From Methanobacteriota archaeon (lineage in GTDB: Archaea; Thermoplasmatota; Thermoplasmata; SG8-5; DAIRED01), in assembly GCA_043799545.1 (NCBI GenBank), contig JAZDNO010000019.1, positions 72,551-136,550 on the forward strand: 64,000 nt of DNA, written 5' to 3'. The position numbers and the translations under genes were made by a program. Positions 45,652 to 55,725 of this stretch are shown here, in pieces (position 1 is the stretch's first letter; every line of letters begins with the position of its first letter). The notes below the pieces were generated by a model, which saw only the letters and a list, made by a program, of their open reading frames with translations, did no database searches and had not been told where the DNA came from.

Positions 45652-46956
45652 ATGTTGCCCATATCTGACGTTCTTGCGGGAAAGGCCGAGGAAGGCGCGG
45701 AAGTCGAGGTCCGCGGCTGGATCTGGCGCACAAGGAGCAGCGGGGGGATAGCGTTCCCGATACTGCGAGACTCCTCGGGCGTACTCCAGGTCACTGTGAA
45801 GAAGGGCAACGTGCCTGACGCGGATTTCGAGGATTCTCGCAAGGCACTGGTCGAGTCTTCAGTCATTGTCGCGGGCAAGGCGAAGAAGGACTCCCGCGCC
45901 CCCGGCGGCTGGGAGCTCCAGGCGACGGGATTCAAGTGCGTCTCGTTCGCGGAGCCGTACCCGATAACGAAGGACCAGTCCGAGGAATGGCTGCGCGAGA
46001 ACAGGCACCTGTGGCTCAGGTCGAGGCGCATGATTGCCATCCTAAAAATTCGCCACACCGTCGTCGGTGCGATTCACCAATTCTTCCGCGAGAGGGGCTA
46101 CTACGAGTTCGACCCGCCGATTCTCCAGCCCAACCAGTGCGAGGGCGGCTCGACGCTTTTCGAGGTCAAGTACTACGACATGAAGACTTACCTCTCGCAG
46201 ACGTGGCAACTCTACGCGGAGGCGGGCATCTTCGCGCTGGAGAAAATCTATGACGTCGCGCCGACGTTCCGCGCCGAGAAGTCCAAAACCTCGCGGCATC
46301 TTTGCGAGTTCTGGATGGCAGAGATGGAGGCCGCGTGGATGGGCCTGGACGAGTGCGCCCAGGTCGCGAAAGACGAAATCCAGTTCATAGTCCAGCAGGT
46401 TTTGGAGAAGAACCGCCCGGAGCTCGAGTTCCTCGGGCGCGACATTTCGAAGCTGGAAGCCAGCAGGACGAAGCCGTTCCCGACGATAACGTACACCGAG
46501 GCGCTGGAGCTGCTGAAGAAGAACGGCATGGCCGTCCCTTGGGGCAAGGACCTGCGCACCACCGAAGAAGAGGAGATAATGAAGCATTTTGACACTCCAG
46601 TCGTGGTGACGCACTATCCAAAGGAGATTATGGCGTTCTACAAGCCGGTGGATAAAGATGCGAAGGCGCCCGGCTCGGTGGCAAAGTGCTTCGACATGCT
46701 CGCCCCTGAGGGGTACAGCGAGATAGTCGGAGGCTCGGAGCGGGGAACTGACATACCCGAACTCAAAGAGAGCCTCGAGCGCGACGGGGAGAACCCCGAC
46801 AACTACCAGTTCTACATGGATTTGCGCAAGTACGGCTCCGTCCAGCACTCAGGATACGGCGTCGGCGTGGAGCGCGTCGTATCCTGGATTTGCGGCCTGG
46901 ACAACATCAAGGACGCCATCGCGTTCCCGAGGACGAGCACGAGGATAACGCCTTAG
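45652..46956 (+). CDS. asnS: Asparaginyl-tRNA synthetase
   Basis: OB fold (RGWIWR), EGGSTLF, YLSQTWQLY, FRAEKSKTSRHLCEFWMAE, GGSER, HSGYGVGVER. Confidence 0.93.
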   Translation: MLPISDVLAGKAEEGAEVEVRGWIWRTRSSGGIAFPILRDSSGVLQVTVKKGNVPDADFEDSRKALVESSVIVAGKAKKDSRAPGGWELQATGFKCVSFAEPYPITKDQSEEWLRENRHLWLRSRRMIAILKIRHTVVGAIHQFFRERGYYEFDPPILQPNQCEGGSTLFEVKYYDMKTYLSQTWQLYAEAGIFALEKIYDVAPTFRAEKSKTSRHLCEFWMAEMEAAWMGLDECAQVAKDEIQFIVQQVLEKNRPELEFLGRDISKLEASRTKPFPTITYTEALELLKKNGMAVPWGKDLRTTEEEEIMKHFDTPVVVTHYPKEIMAFYKPVDKDAKAPGSVAKCFDMLAPEGYSEIVGGSERGTDIPELKESLERDGENPDNYQFYMDLRKYGSVQHSGYGVGVERVVSWICGLDNIKDAIAFPRTSTRITP

Positions 46957-46998
46957 TTCGTCCATCAGGATTAAATCCCGTACTGCAATCCGCTTGCG

Positions 46999-47916
46999 AT
47001 GGCTCTCTGGACCTACGTCGCCCTCGACCTGCTCCTCCTGGCTTCGCTGTGCATGCTTGGCTTCGGCCTCGCCTTGAAGCGCGGCGCGTTCCACATCTTC
47101 CGGGCCGTCGGCTGGGCTGGCTTCGGCCTCTACTGGGGGCTCCAGGCGCCGCACTACTGGTCAATCGCCGATGCGGTGAACGTGCTCGGATGCCTGATGG
47201 CCATGCCGATTTTCTGCTACCTCGGCTGGCACGAGTACCTCTCTCATAAGTGGAACGACGAATACGAGCCGCTGCGGTTCGTGGGATGGGCGATGTTCAT
47301 CGCATCAATGGGTTTTTTCGTCGTGGACAAGATACCGGTTGTCTCGGGGGCCCTCATTCTAATCGTGGCGCAGCAGAGCGTCTGGCTGGCGAACCTCTTC
47401 GGTTACAATTTCGGCGTTTCTGGCGTGGAATATTATGGCAATCCATGGTACTACAAGACCGACTACCTGCCGATGAACGAGGTCAACGCCCCACTTGTGG
47501 GCGTAGACATCAAGATAGTCCTGGCCTGCACGGCCATCCAGGCATTGCTCATCACTGCGGCGTTCATCTTCGCCTCGCGCGGCGACAGCAAAAGGAAATG
47601 GCAAGCCTTCGCGGTCGTCGCCCCCTCGATATACCTCGTGAACCTGGCAAGGAACGCGCTCGTCGTGGCGCTCACCTACGAAAACGGGGTCGATTACTTC
47701 GACTTCGCCCACAACGTGATTGGGAAGACCATCAGCCTCGTCGCCCTCGTCGTGCTCGTCCTCTACGCCTTCTGGAAGCTCCCGGAGATGTACGAGGACA
47801 CCAACGGCGCGTTCGACCTTTTCTGGCGCAAGGGGCCGAGGCACGACTACGTCTCCAACGTGGGGAGGGTCTTCGAGCTGGCTGCGGGGAAGAGGGGGAA
47901 GAAGCCCTCCTCTTGA
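46999..47916 (+). CDS. artA: Archaeosortase A
   Basis: Multi-TM; catalytic IVLACTAIQ, NLARN, HNVIGK. Confidence 0.88.
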   Translation: MALWTYVALDLLLLASLCMLGFGLALKRGAFHIFRAVGWAGFGLYWGLQAPHYWSIADAVNVLGCLMAMPIFCYLGWHEYLSHKWNDEYEPLRFVGWAMFIASMGFFVVDKIPVVSGALILIVAQQSVWLANLFGYNFGVSGVEYYGNPWYYKTDYLPMNEVNAPLVGVDIKIVLACTAIQALLITAAFIFASRGDSKRKWQAFAVVAPSIYLVNLARNALVVALTYENGVDYFDFAHNVIGKTISLVALVVLVLYAFWKLPEMYEDTNGAFDLFWRKGPRHDYVSNVGRVFELAAGKRGKKPSS

Positions 47917-47929
47917 AAATGATGAGACC

Positions 47930-48520
47930 CTAACCTCTTGGGAGGTCATTTGAGTTCTTGAAAGCCGTTCCACATCCCTCGCAATAACCTGACTCGTCGA
48001 TATACATTCTGAATTTTGTAGCCCTGCATTTCGGGCAATACGGGACTCCCGCGACTACAGGTCTCTGCATTGTCTGGCCAGGCACCGGTGCCCGTCCTGG
48101 AAAAAGCTCATTGACATCGACATCGTCCGAGTATGATTCGTACTTCGTCGGTCGCCTCGTGCTAGATTTAAACTCATCCATCACGATGAATAAATATATG
48201 ACAACGAGCAGAAATATTGCAGCCTGGACCAGAGTCCACGGGTCTGATGCATCGACGAAAAGGTTCCAGAGGATTATCGGCAGGTTGAGCAATTGGAGTA
48301 TAAGCGTCCATACCCAAGCCCACTCTTCCAAGTTCCACAGCCCTTTCGCAAGATAAATCAAAGCAGCCCCGATTATCAATACCACCAAAGCAAAAATCCC
48401 AACGAAACAAACCAGAAGGCCAAGTATGGCCAATAAGATGCCAGTCACCAGTACGATAATACCCTCGATTGCAGTCAATATCGCAAGTACCGAGATTCCA
48501 ATTGGCCTTTCTTTCAGCAT
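47930..48520 (-). CDS. Membrane protein with C-terminal Zn ribbon (AT-richer)
   Basis: RPIGISVLAIL...GLWNLEEWAW TM domain; CPKC...CEGC. Confidence 0.75.
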   Translation of the reverse strand: MLKERPIGISVLAILTAIEGIIVLVTGILLAILGLLVCFVGIFALVVLIIGAALIYLAKGLWNLEEWAWVWTLILQLLNLPIILWNLFVDASDPWTLVQAAIFLLVVIYLFIVMDEFKSSTRRPTKYESYSDDVDVNELFPGRAPVPGQTMQRPVVAGVPYCPKCRATKFRMYIDESGYCEGCGTAFKNSNDLPRG

Positions 48521-48618
48521 GCCCTCATCCGCTACCTAACATTGCATGGATTTTCAGTATTTAATAATGAGTGCGCGCAACCAAAACCATTTTCTAACCC
48601 AATCGAATAGGCGTTGCG

Positions 48619-49260
48619 ATGAGAGCCGACAGAAAAGTCATTCTGGCGTTGGACGAGACGGACCCGGCCAAGGCGAAGGCCGTGGCAAAAGCGGTCGCCC
48701 CGTTCGTGGCCGCAATTAAAGTCAACTATCCGCTCGTCCTGAGCGCAGGCATGGGAATAATCACCGAGCTGGCCAAGGACTCTTACGTTCTTTGCGACTT
48801 CAAGGTGGCCGACATCCCAAACACGAACCGCCTCATCGTGGAGCAGGCTGTCAAGGCGGGGGCTAGCGGCGTCATATGTCACGCCTTCGCAGGCGATGAC
48901 TCGGTCAAGGCCTGCGTCGATGCGGCCCAGGGCAAAGACATATTCGTCGTCACGGAGATGAGCCATCCAGGCGGGAAGAGGTTCACGCAGCCGCTCGCGG
49001 ACGAGCTGGCCAAGATTGCGGTCGAGGCTGGCGCGGCCGGAGTCATCGCCCCGGCGACCAGGCCGGAGCGAATCGCGCACGTGCGGAAGCTCGTTGGCAA
49101 CCTCAAGATTCTCAGCCCCGGCGTGGGGGCTCAGGGCGGCAGCGCCCGAGACGCGCTGCGGGCTGGGGCGGACTACGTTATAGTGGGCCGTGGCATCTAT
49201 CAATCCCCGGACCCGGCAGCGGCTGCAAAAGCCGTTTCAGAGGAGACAAAATCCATATGA
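48619..49260 (+). CDS. pyrF: Orotidine-5'-phosphate decarboxylase
   Basis: LALD, DFKVADIPNT, MSHPG, PGVGAQGG, IVGRGIY. Confidence 0.96.
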   Translation: MRADRKVILALDETDPAKAKAVAKAVAPFVAAIKVNYPLVLSAGMGIITELAKDSYVLCDFKVADIPNTNRLIVEQAVKAGASGVICHAFAGDDSVKACVDAAQGKDIFVVTEMSHPGGKRFTQPLADELAKIAVEAGAAGVIAPATRPERIAHVRKLVGNLKILSPGVGAQGGSARDALRAGADYVIVGRGIYQSPDPAAAAKAVSEETKSI

Positions 49261-49979
49261 CCGAATCAAAAGCGAAGCCCAAGGTTCCCTATTCGCTGTA
49301 CGTCGTGTGCCCGGTTTGCGAGGAGGAGACGCTGCACAAGGTGCTGAAGGGCAAGATGCACTCGAAGGGCCAGGTCGTCAAGGTCGAGGCGACCGTCGAA
49401 TGCACCGTGTGCGCGAGTGTCCACCGCTCCGGCGTGAAGGAGACGAAGCCCATCGAGGTCCCGGCGGTCGTGAGCTGGAAGGACGCGTCCGAGCGTATTA
49501 AGATGGAGATGGCTCCGGACTACGTGGTATCGGTCGGCGACGTCCTACACGAGAAGTTCCCGCTGCTTGTCACCGCCGTGGAGACCAAAGTCCGCAGGGA
49601 GAGGCGCGCGCCGGCCAGGGACATCGTCTGCATCTGGGCCAAGCGCTACGACAAGGTCATCGTGAAGTTCTCGATAAACCGCGGCCTGAGGGCGACTCCG
49701 TACGAGACGGAGGCCTCGCCCGACGAGGAGTTCTCGGTGAAGAGCGTCATAGACCTGGGGAACGGCCCGATAATAATCACCAGCATCAAGACGAAGGACA
49801 CCATCAGGGACTGGGGGAGCGCCCCCGCGTCCGAAATCGTGCGCATCTACGGCAGGCCGTTCCGCGATTCTATTCGCGGCGATAGAGAGCGACTCCCGCC
49901 ACGCAGACAAGAACGACGGCCGCCATCGCGGACGCAATCTCGTCAAGGCCAAAGGGGCTCCCGGCGGGCTCGAAGGTGA
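49257..49979 (+). CDS. HVO_0476-family (COG1326) archaeal Zn-finger protein
   Basis: CPVCEEETLHKVLKG...CTVCASVH; IVRIYG; Arg-rich tail. Confidence 0.8.
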   Translation: MTESKAKPKVPYSLYVVCPVCEEETLHKVLKGKMHSKGQVVKVEATVECTVCASVHRSGVKETKPIEVPAVVSWKDASERIKMEMAPDYVVSVGDVLHEKFPLLVTAVETKVRRERRAPARDIVCIWAKRYDKVIVKFSINRGLRATPYETEASPDEEFSVKSVIDLGNGPIIITSIKTKDTIRDWGSAPASEIVRIYGRPFRDSIRGDRERLPPRRQERRPPSRTQSRQGQRGSRRARR

Positions 49980-50940
49980 TTGTGGTTTCCCCGCTCGTCC
50001 CGGGAACGTACACGTGGACCTGCAGCCAGTCCCCGTCCGCAGCCACGAAGTATTTTGGCTTGGAGCCCGTTTCGTAAAGGATAGAGGCGAGGCTGTCCGA
50101 GACCTTGGCCTTCGAGCCCCCGACCTCCACGCGCATGTCCCCCGCGTTCAGCTTCGGAAGCACCGTGCGGTCGACGTTGATGATGACGACCTTGCCGGAG
50201 GATATGGAGCCGGAAACCGAGGCAGTGTATGTGTCGTTGGTAGTCACGATGGTCCCAATCCCCACATCGGAGAAGGCGATGGTGTCCTCCATGATATTGC
50301 TGGCAGACGACGTTGCGAAGACCTCGCCGGCCACCCTTCCCTGGGCGATGCTGCTTGCAACGAAGGAGTCCTGGCCCGGGTTCGCCCGGAAGAGTATGCG
50401 CGAGCCCTCTTCGACGGTTGCCAGGATTCCACCTGGTAACGCTGCCAGGGTCCCCGGTCCCGCTAGGAAAAGGGTGGAGCTGACGCGCCCGTTGCCAACG
50501 ACGACCCCGCTTTCGCTGCTCGCCAGCGCGCTCATGCCCACGGGCAGGTCGAAGAAGGCTGCGTTCGCTCCAGAAAATGTGAATTCGATTGCGCCAGTGG
50601 GTATCCGGTGTATCACGAACTGCACGTCTGTTCCCATGTACGAAGCTGACGTCTCGCCGTCTGTTGGCTGCCGGTCGTTGATGAAATTGGCGAATCCGAT
50701 GCGCTCGAACACGATTTCAAGCTTGTCCGCGAACTTCACGGAGTAGTCCTCCAGTACGAATTTAAAGTTGCCGTTGCCAGTCGTCGCGATGGGGGCGTCC
50801 ATGTCGAGGGTGTAGTTCGAGTAGCTTCGCGAGAAGAGCGTGTTTCCCGGAGGGGCGGCGCTGCGCGCGAAGAGGGGGAACATAGCGCTAGCTGGGATGA
50901 GAATCAGCAGTGCGGTCGCGATGGCAGCGATTTTGTTCAT
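49870..50940 (-). CDS. Exported surface protein with C-terminal TM anchor
   Basis: Signal peptide MNKIAAIATALLILIPASA; C-terminus SPFG...AAVVLVCVAGVALYRRE. Confidence 0.75.
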   Translation of the reverse strand: MNKIAAIATALLILIPASAMFPLFARSAAPPGNTLFSRSYSNYTLDMDAPIATTGNGNFKFVLEDYSVKFADKLEIVFERIGFANFINDRQPTDGETSASYMGTDVQFVIHRIPTGAIEFTFSGANAAFFDLPVGMSALASSESGVVVGNGRVSSTLFLAGPGTLAALPGGILATVEEGSRILFRANPGQDSFVASSIAQGRVAGEVFATSSASNIMEDTIAFSDVGIGTIVTTNDTYTASVSGSISSGKVVIINVDRTVLPKLNAGDMRVEVGGSKAKVSDSLASILYETGSKPKYFVAADGDWLQVHVYVPGTSGETTITFEPAGSPFGLDEIASAMAAVVLVCVAGVALYRRE

Positions 50941-51100
50941 CTCCGCTTCTCCTTTTTGTGAAAAAAGCTAGAATGGAGGAGGCTCCCCCGGCCCTTTCGG
51001 ACCGGGGTCTCTATTACGTGGGCATAATAATAGATTTAGCCTCTGTGACAAATATGCACGGGGGTATTAATATCTCATTTGGTACAAGCGTCGAACTGAA

Positions 51101-51724
51101 CTAGGCCGCGGTAGCGCCGAAAAGCATGGCGATCGCGATGCAGAGCCCTGCCGTGATTACCCCGACCAGCAGCATCCTAGCTCCGTACTTGGCCATGCTC
51201 TCGTCGCTTATTTTGGCAAGATACATCCCAAGTCCGACGAGTACAGCGAGGGTAAGCCCGACTGAGGCGTAGAAAGCCACTAGGGGGCTAACAAGCCCGA
51301 AATGCTCCGCGAAGAATGGCGATATGACGCATATCGCTGCCAGCGCGGGCGAGAGCCCGTCCACGATGGCCACCACCGTCGTTGCGAAATCGTGCGCCTC
51401 CTCGTGTATCGTGTCTCGCATCGGCCTGAGCATCGCGCGCTCGAGCTCCTTTAGGCGCTTCTTCCGCTCCGCGCTCTCGGTCATGTAGGCGCCAGAAACC
51501 CCCGAAATCCCCATGGCCAATGCACCGGCGACTCCGGCCGCGATGATGATCTGCGGGTCCTCGATGCCAGATAAATATGAACCGATGACGACCCCCAGCA
51601 TGGTCAGAGCCCCGTCGAATGCGTTCATCACGAAGTAGCGCCTCGCGACCTCGCCGACCTCCGCCACCTTCCAATACAGGCGCCAGCGCGCTAAAACCTT
51701 CTTCAAGCCACTGCCATCAGCCAT
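51101..51724 (-). CDS. VIT1/CCC1-family metal transporter
   Basis: RRYFVMNAFDG, SGVSGAYMTESAERK, TM helices. Confidence 0.82.
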   Translation of the reverse strand: MADGSGLKKVLARWRLYWKVAEVGEVARRYFVMNAFDGALTMLGVVIGSYLSGIEDPQIIIAAGVAGALAMGISGVSGAYMTESAERKKRLKELERAMLRPMRDTIHEEAHDFATTVVAIVDGLSPALAAICVISPFFAEHFGLVSPLVAFYASVGLTLAVLVGLGMYLAKISDESMAKYGARMLLVGVITAGLCIAIAMLFGATAA

Positions 51725-51870
51725 TTATATATTTGCTCCGCCCATTCATAATGCCGACCTGGAGAAAAAGCTTTCGGCCTTGGGGGATAGTGCCAGCGCC
51801 AGCACTTTTCGGGTTGAATCGCCAGGCGAATCTCGCTCTACCAACGGCTTCGGCCAGATTTGCCCATTTG

Positions 51871-52236
51871 TTAATGGCACCCATGGCCCGCACAGGCCAT
51901 GTCCGGTTTGAGCTCGACCAGCTTGCCAGCCTTGAAATTGGCCGCTGCGGAGTCGACGGTTTCGCCATCCAGCAGAAAAACCTTGATGCCTGCCTGGTTG
52001 AACATATCGATAGCCCTGCGACCCATGCCACCGGTAACGACCGCTCCGACACCCTCGCCAGAGATGGCGGCGACTGGCTGGCATGCACCGTGCTCGTGGT
52101 GCTCGTTGGTGTTCTGCACCATCTTCAACTTGCCGGATTCGACATCGTAAAACGCGAAAAATGGGGCGCTCCCGAAGTGGCCGTGCACTTTAGAATCCAT
52201 ACCCTTGCTCTCGACTGTCGGCATGCAGATTTTCAT
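51871..52236 (-). CDS. NifB/NifX-family Fe-Mo cofactor-binding domain protein
   Basis: VHGHFGSAPFF, HHEHGAC, VVTGGMGRRA, AGIKV, C-terminal CAGHGCH. Confidence 0.88.
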   Translation of the reverse strand: MKICMPTVESKGMDSKVHGHFGSAPFFAFYDVESGKLKMVQNTNEHHEHGACQPVAAISGEGVGAVVTGGMGRRAIDMFNQAGIKVFLLDGETVDSAAANFKAGKLVELKPDMACAGHGCH

Positions 52237-52346
52237 GTTGTCGCTCCAATCCGGCAAAAGGCGTCATATCTTATTTAACTTGCGATGTAAAAACGAACCT
52301 CGCCCAGATGTCTATAAATGGGGCGGGTAATAACTGCCTCTCAGAG

Positions 52347-54269
52347 CTAAAGCACGGGAGCCAGCACCCTTGCCAGAATTCCCCCGAGCGCTAAGGCCAG
52401 ACCCACTTCGGCCAGCGAGATGGCTGCGGCCCACTTCAACCCGAGGTCCTTGTATATGACTGCAATGGTGGAGATGCACGGAATATATACCATTATGACG
52501 AAGCTGAAGATGAAAATCTGGAGCGGGGTCATCACCGTGGCGAAAGCTGTGGTCCCAGCTACAGCCGAGAGGAAGACGAGCGCCGCCTCCTTGCGCAGGA
52601 TACCGACGATGAGGAGTATGCCTGTGAAGGCCGGAAGTCCCAGCCAAGCGACTGTGACAGGGCTCATCACGTCCGCTATGGAACCCAGGTATCCAGCAAT
52701 GCGCAAACCCTCGATCACGACGCTGCCCGCGACGATTAGTGGGACCGCCATTGTCAGGAACGGCCTGAATTTAGCCCATGCCTGGCTGGCGACGATCGAC
52801 GCCTTGGGCATCCTGAACGATGGAATCTCCATTATCATGCCAGGCGAGCTGCCCGGCATGAGCCAGTTGAGGAACCTCCCGACGCCAAGGATGATGAGGA
52901 AATCCAGGGCATACAGGAATATGGCCCACTCGACGCCAAGGTACATGCCGACGAGACCCAGCACGACCGCCGTCCGCGCCGAGCAGGGTACCAGGGACGA
53001 GAGGAACGTTGTGATTATCCTGTCGCGCCTGTTCTCGATGATGCGGCAGCCTGCGCATGCCGGGACGTTGCAGCCGAACCCCAGCATCAGCGGCATGCAG
53101 GCCTTGCCGTGCAAACCGACGATGTGGCAGGGGCGGTCCATGAGGTAGCCGATGCGCGGCAGGTAGCCCACGTCTTCCAGAAAGCCCAGCAGGAGATAGA
53201 ACGGCAGGAGGAATCCCAGCGCCACGCCCAAAGCCGAATACAGCCCGACGATGCCGCCGCTCCAAGCCAGCTCCCCAGCCCATCCGGCCCATCCGGGGTT
53301 CATCCCCTCGAAAAGCGCCGCGAGCCCGTCTGAAGCCCACCCGCCGACGATGGATATGCTGGCGATTATCGCCGCCATGATGACGAATAGCCAGATATAG
53401 CCCCAGAAACCGTGCATGAGCGTTCTGTCGATTTTGTCCGCCAGAGGCTGGGAGCGGACTGGCGCGAACGACTGCGCCTCATTTGCCATCGACGCGGCGA
53501 GGGCGTACCTCTCGGAGGCGATAACGACGCCCGCAGGCTCGCCGTGAATGCGCTCCAGCTCCGCAGCTGCCTCATCGTAAGCTCGATTCTCAATCTCGGA
53601 GAGGCCGAACTCCGCCCCTTCCAGCAGCGATACGGCCATCCGTCTCGCATCCTCTGCCCGCTCGGGTCGCAGCACCTCCTCCAGGCGGGATATCCTTGCC
53701 TCGACCTCTGGTCCGTATCGTGGTCGGGCAGACACCTTGACGGACCCGCCGATTGCATTGTCCACGAGCTCGTGCAGACCGACCCCCGATGTGGCCGCCA
53801 CCTTGACAACGGGAACCCCGAGCCTCCTCGACAGCGCCTCCGCATCGATTGTGAGCCCTTTGGCCGAGGCGGCGTCCGTCATGTTCGCCGCGAGCACGAC
53901 TGGCACGCCCATTTCGATCAACTGGATTGTAAGGAAAAGGTTGCGCTCCAGCGCCGTCGAATCGACGACGTTGATGATGACGTCCGGCCTCTCGGCCAGT
54001 ATGTAGTCCCGCGTCACAGACTCCTCGGCCGATCCGCTCGAGAGCGAGTACGTGCCTGGCAAGTCGACGACGCGCACAAGCCTGCCGTCGTGGTTCAGAA
54101 CCCCCTCGGCCATCTCCACTGTCTTGCCGCCCCAATTGCCGACGGCTTGCTCCGAGCCCGTGAGCTGGTTGTAGATTGCGCTCTTGCCCACATTGGCATT
54201 GCCCACGAGGGCGACGGTCAGGTCGCAGCCTTGGCCGTTCCCCTTAATAATGGGGCGACCGTGGCCCAT
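52347..54269 (-). CDS. feoB: Ferrous iron transporter B
   Basis: GNANVGKS, GNWGGKTVE, DLPGTY, NMTD, GFGCNVPA, VPCSAR, YIPCIST. Confidence 0.95.
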   Translation of the reverse strand: MGHGRPIIKGNGQGCDLTVALVGNANVGKSAIYNQLTGSEQAVGNWGGKTVEMAEGVLNHDGRLVRVVDLPGTYSLSSGSAEESVTRDYILAERPDVIINVVDSTALERNLFLTIQLIEMGVPVVLAANMTDAASAKGLTIDAEALSRRLGVPVVKVAATSGVGLHELVDNAIGGSVKVSARPRYGPEVEARISRLEEVLRPERAEDARRMAVSLLEGAEFGLSEIENRAYDEAAAELERIHGEPAGVVIASERYALAASMANEAQSFAPVRSQPLADKIDRTLMHGFWGYIWLFVIMAAIIASISIVGGWASDGLAALFEGMNPGWAGWAGELAWSGGIVGLYSALGVALGFLLPFYLLLGFLEDVGYLPRIGYLMDRPCHIVGLHGKACMPLMLGFGCNVPACAGCRIIENRRDRIITTFLSSLVPCSARTAVVLGLVGMYLGVEWAIFLYALDFLIILGVGRFLNWLMPGSSPGMIMEIPSFRMPKASIVASQAWAKFRPFLTMAVPLIVAGSVVIEGLRIAGYLGSIADVMSPVTVAWLGLPAFTGILLIVGILRKEAALVFLSAVAGTTAFATVMTPLQIFIFSFVIMVYIPCISTIAVIYKDLGLKWAAAISLAEVGLALALGGILARVLAPVL

Positions 54270-54270
54270 C

Positions 54271-54939
54271 TCACGCCCCCGGCCTCACGAATATCTTGGC
54301 GGCGATTCCAGCACCTATGGCCAGACATGAGCCCCTCACAAGCACTTCGGCCGGCCCGTGCATTGGAGCAGCCCGGACAAGGGAGACCTCAGCCCCGGGG
54401 GTCAGTCCCATCTCCATCAGCTTATTACATACTTGCTTCCCGCCGTGTATATGGGCGATTTTCGCCTTTTGACCGGGTTTCAACGAGGTCAGGGGAACCG
54501 CACCAGCCATGCAGGCGCCACAGGCCTTCGCGTCCATGCCGCAAGAGGGGATTGGCTCGCCGTCCGGGCACTCGGTCGGTGCCCCGAGCATCTTGCATAG
54601 AGCCGCTTCGACGTCGTCCGATAGCGAGTGTTCCATCCTGCAGGCTTCATCGTGGACCTTGCGCCCCCTTAGCCCCAGCTTCCTTGTGAGGAAGACCTCC
54701 AGCAGGCGGTGCTTGCGCTTGACGCTCATCGCGCGGGCCAGGCCGGCCTTCGTGAGCGATGCCCCCTTGTATGCCTCGTAGAGCACGAGCCCCTCGCGAC
54801 ACATGCGCTGAAGCGCCTCCGTCGCGCTCGCCGGGGCGACATTCAGCCTCGCGGCCAGGTCGCCGGTCTTGACGGGCTTTCCGTCCTTCGAGAGGTCCAG
54901 GATGGCCTCCAGGTACTCGTCGACGTTCTCTTTCGGCAT
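54271..54939 (-). CDS. DtxR/MntR-family metal-dependent repressor fused to a FeoA domain
   Basis: DEYLEAI, RKHRLLEVFL, EACRMEH, CPDGEPIP; Cys linker CGMDAKACGAC; FeoA KLMEMGLTPG...RAAPMHGP. Confidence 0.9.
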   Translation of the reverse strand: MPKENVDEYLEAILDLSKDGKPVKTGDLAARLNVAPASATEALQRMCREGLVLYEAYKGASLTKAGLARAMSVKRKHRLLEVFLTRKLGLRGRKVHDEACRMEHSLSDDVEAALCKMLGAPTECPDGEPIPSCGMDAKACGACMAGAVPLTSLKPGQKAKIAHIHGGKQVCNKLMEMGLTPGAEVSLVRAAPMHGPAEVLVRGSCLAIGAGIAAKIFVRPGA

Positions 54940-54952
54940 GTTCTCAGGGATG

Positions 54953-54968
54953 TTTAGGGCGACCTAAA
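54953..54968. promoter_or_regulatory. DtxR/Sir-box-like operator TTTAGG-N4-CCTAAA
   Basis: Inverted repeat between the minus-strand TATA (TTTTATAT, ~54969-54976) and the repressor start; resembles the TTAGG...CCTAA DtxR-family consensus. Confidence 0.7.
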
Positions 54969-55026
54969 ATATAAAACCTTCGGCGGAACTCAGTCGCAGA
55001 CGCGCTTGGGATTGTGAATGCTTGGC

Positions 55027-55662
55027 TCATTCATCCCCGTCCGCTTCATCGCTGGCGCAGCCGCCGCAATCGCAGTCGTCGCCGTGCTCGCCAGCCGCTT
55101 CAAGCGAATCCCCATCGTCCGCCTTATTCTCACAGGATTTCTTCGGGAAGAAGTACGACGCCACGATGATGAGCACACCCGCCACTATCGCCACCATGGG
55201 TCCAATTCCCAGCGACGCCGACACGTAGTCCTGGGTCATCTGAGGCATTATCACAACCGCGACCGCCATGGCGGCCCCCATCGAGAGGCCGGTCGTCCCG
55301 AAAATCCTCACGAACCTTTTACCCATCAGGCCGACGACTATGGCCAGGATGCCGAAAACGACAGTTATCCACATGAAGACGGTCATCAGGAGGCCGACCG
55401 TTTTAATCGTGTCCTTGTAGCTCGCGACCTCGTTCAGCCCGGAAACCTCGTCCATGTAATCCTGCAAATCCTGGCTGGTAACCCCTTCCCGGTCGACGAG
55501 CAAGTCCTGCTGCTCCGCAGTCAAGGCGCTCGTATCTATCTTGTCCGCGTTGATGTCCAGGCTCGCAAAGGCCGGCAGGACCAAAGCTGCCAGAATCAGC
55601 AGCACCCCGCCCACCAGCGCCAGCACCATGCCGACGGTCTTTTTTTGTTCCATGATACACAC
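55027..55662 (-). CDS. Membrane protein with acidic Cys-containing C-terminal tail
   Basis: About four TM helices; tail HGDDCDCGGCASDEADGDE. Confidence 0.75.
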   Translation of the reverse strand: MCIMEQKKTVGMVLALVGGVLLILAALVLPAFASLDINADKIDTSALTAEQQDLLVDREGVTSQDLQDYMDEVSGLNEVASYKDTIKTVGLLMTVFMWITVVFGILAIVVGLMGKRFVRIFGTTGLSMGAAMAVAVVIMPQMTQDYVSASLGIGPMVAIVAGVLIIVASYFFPKKSCENKADDGDSLEAAGEHGDDCDCGGCASDEADGDE

Positions 55663-55725
55663 CTTGAATCTATATTGTAATCTATACTGCGGTATATATA
55701 TTTTTCCTTGAAGGTCTCAATCCCG

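Noticed and set aside
51871-52236. NifX-like domain or homocitrate synthase as evidence of nitrogen fixation
   Set aside because: Both families are widespread in non-diazotrophs and no nifHDK genes are in the window.
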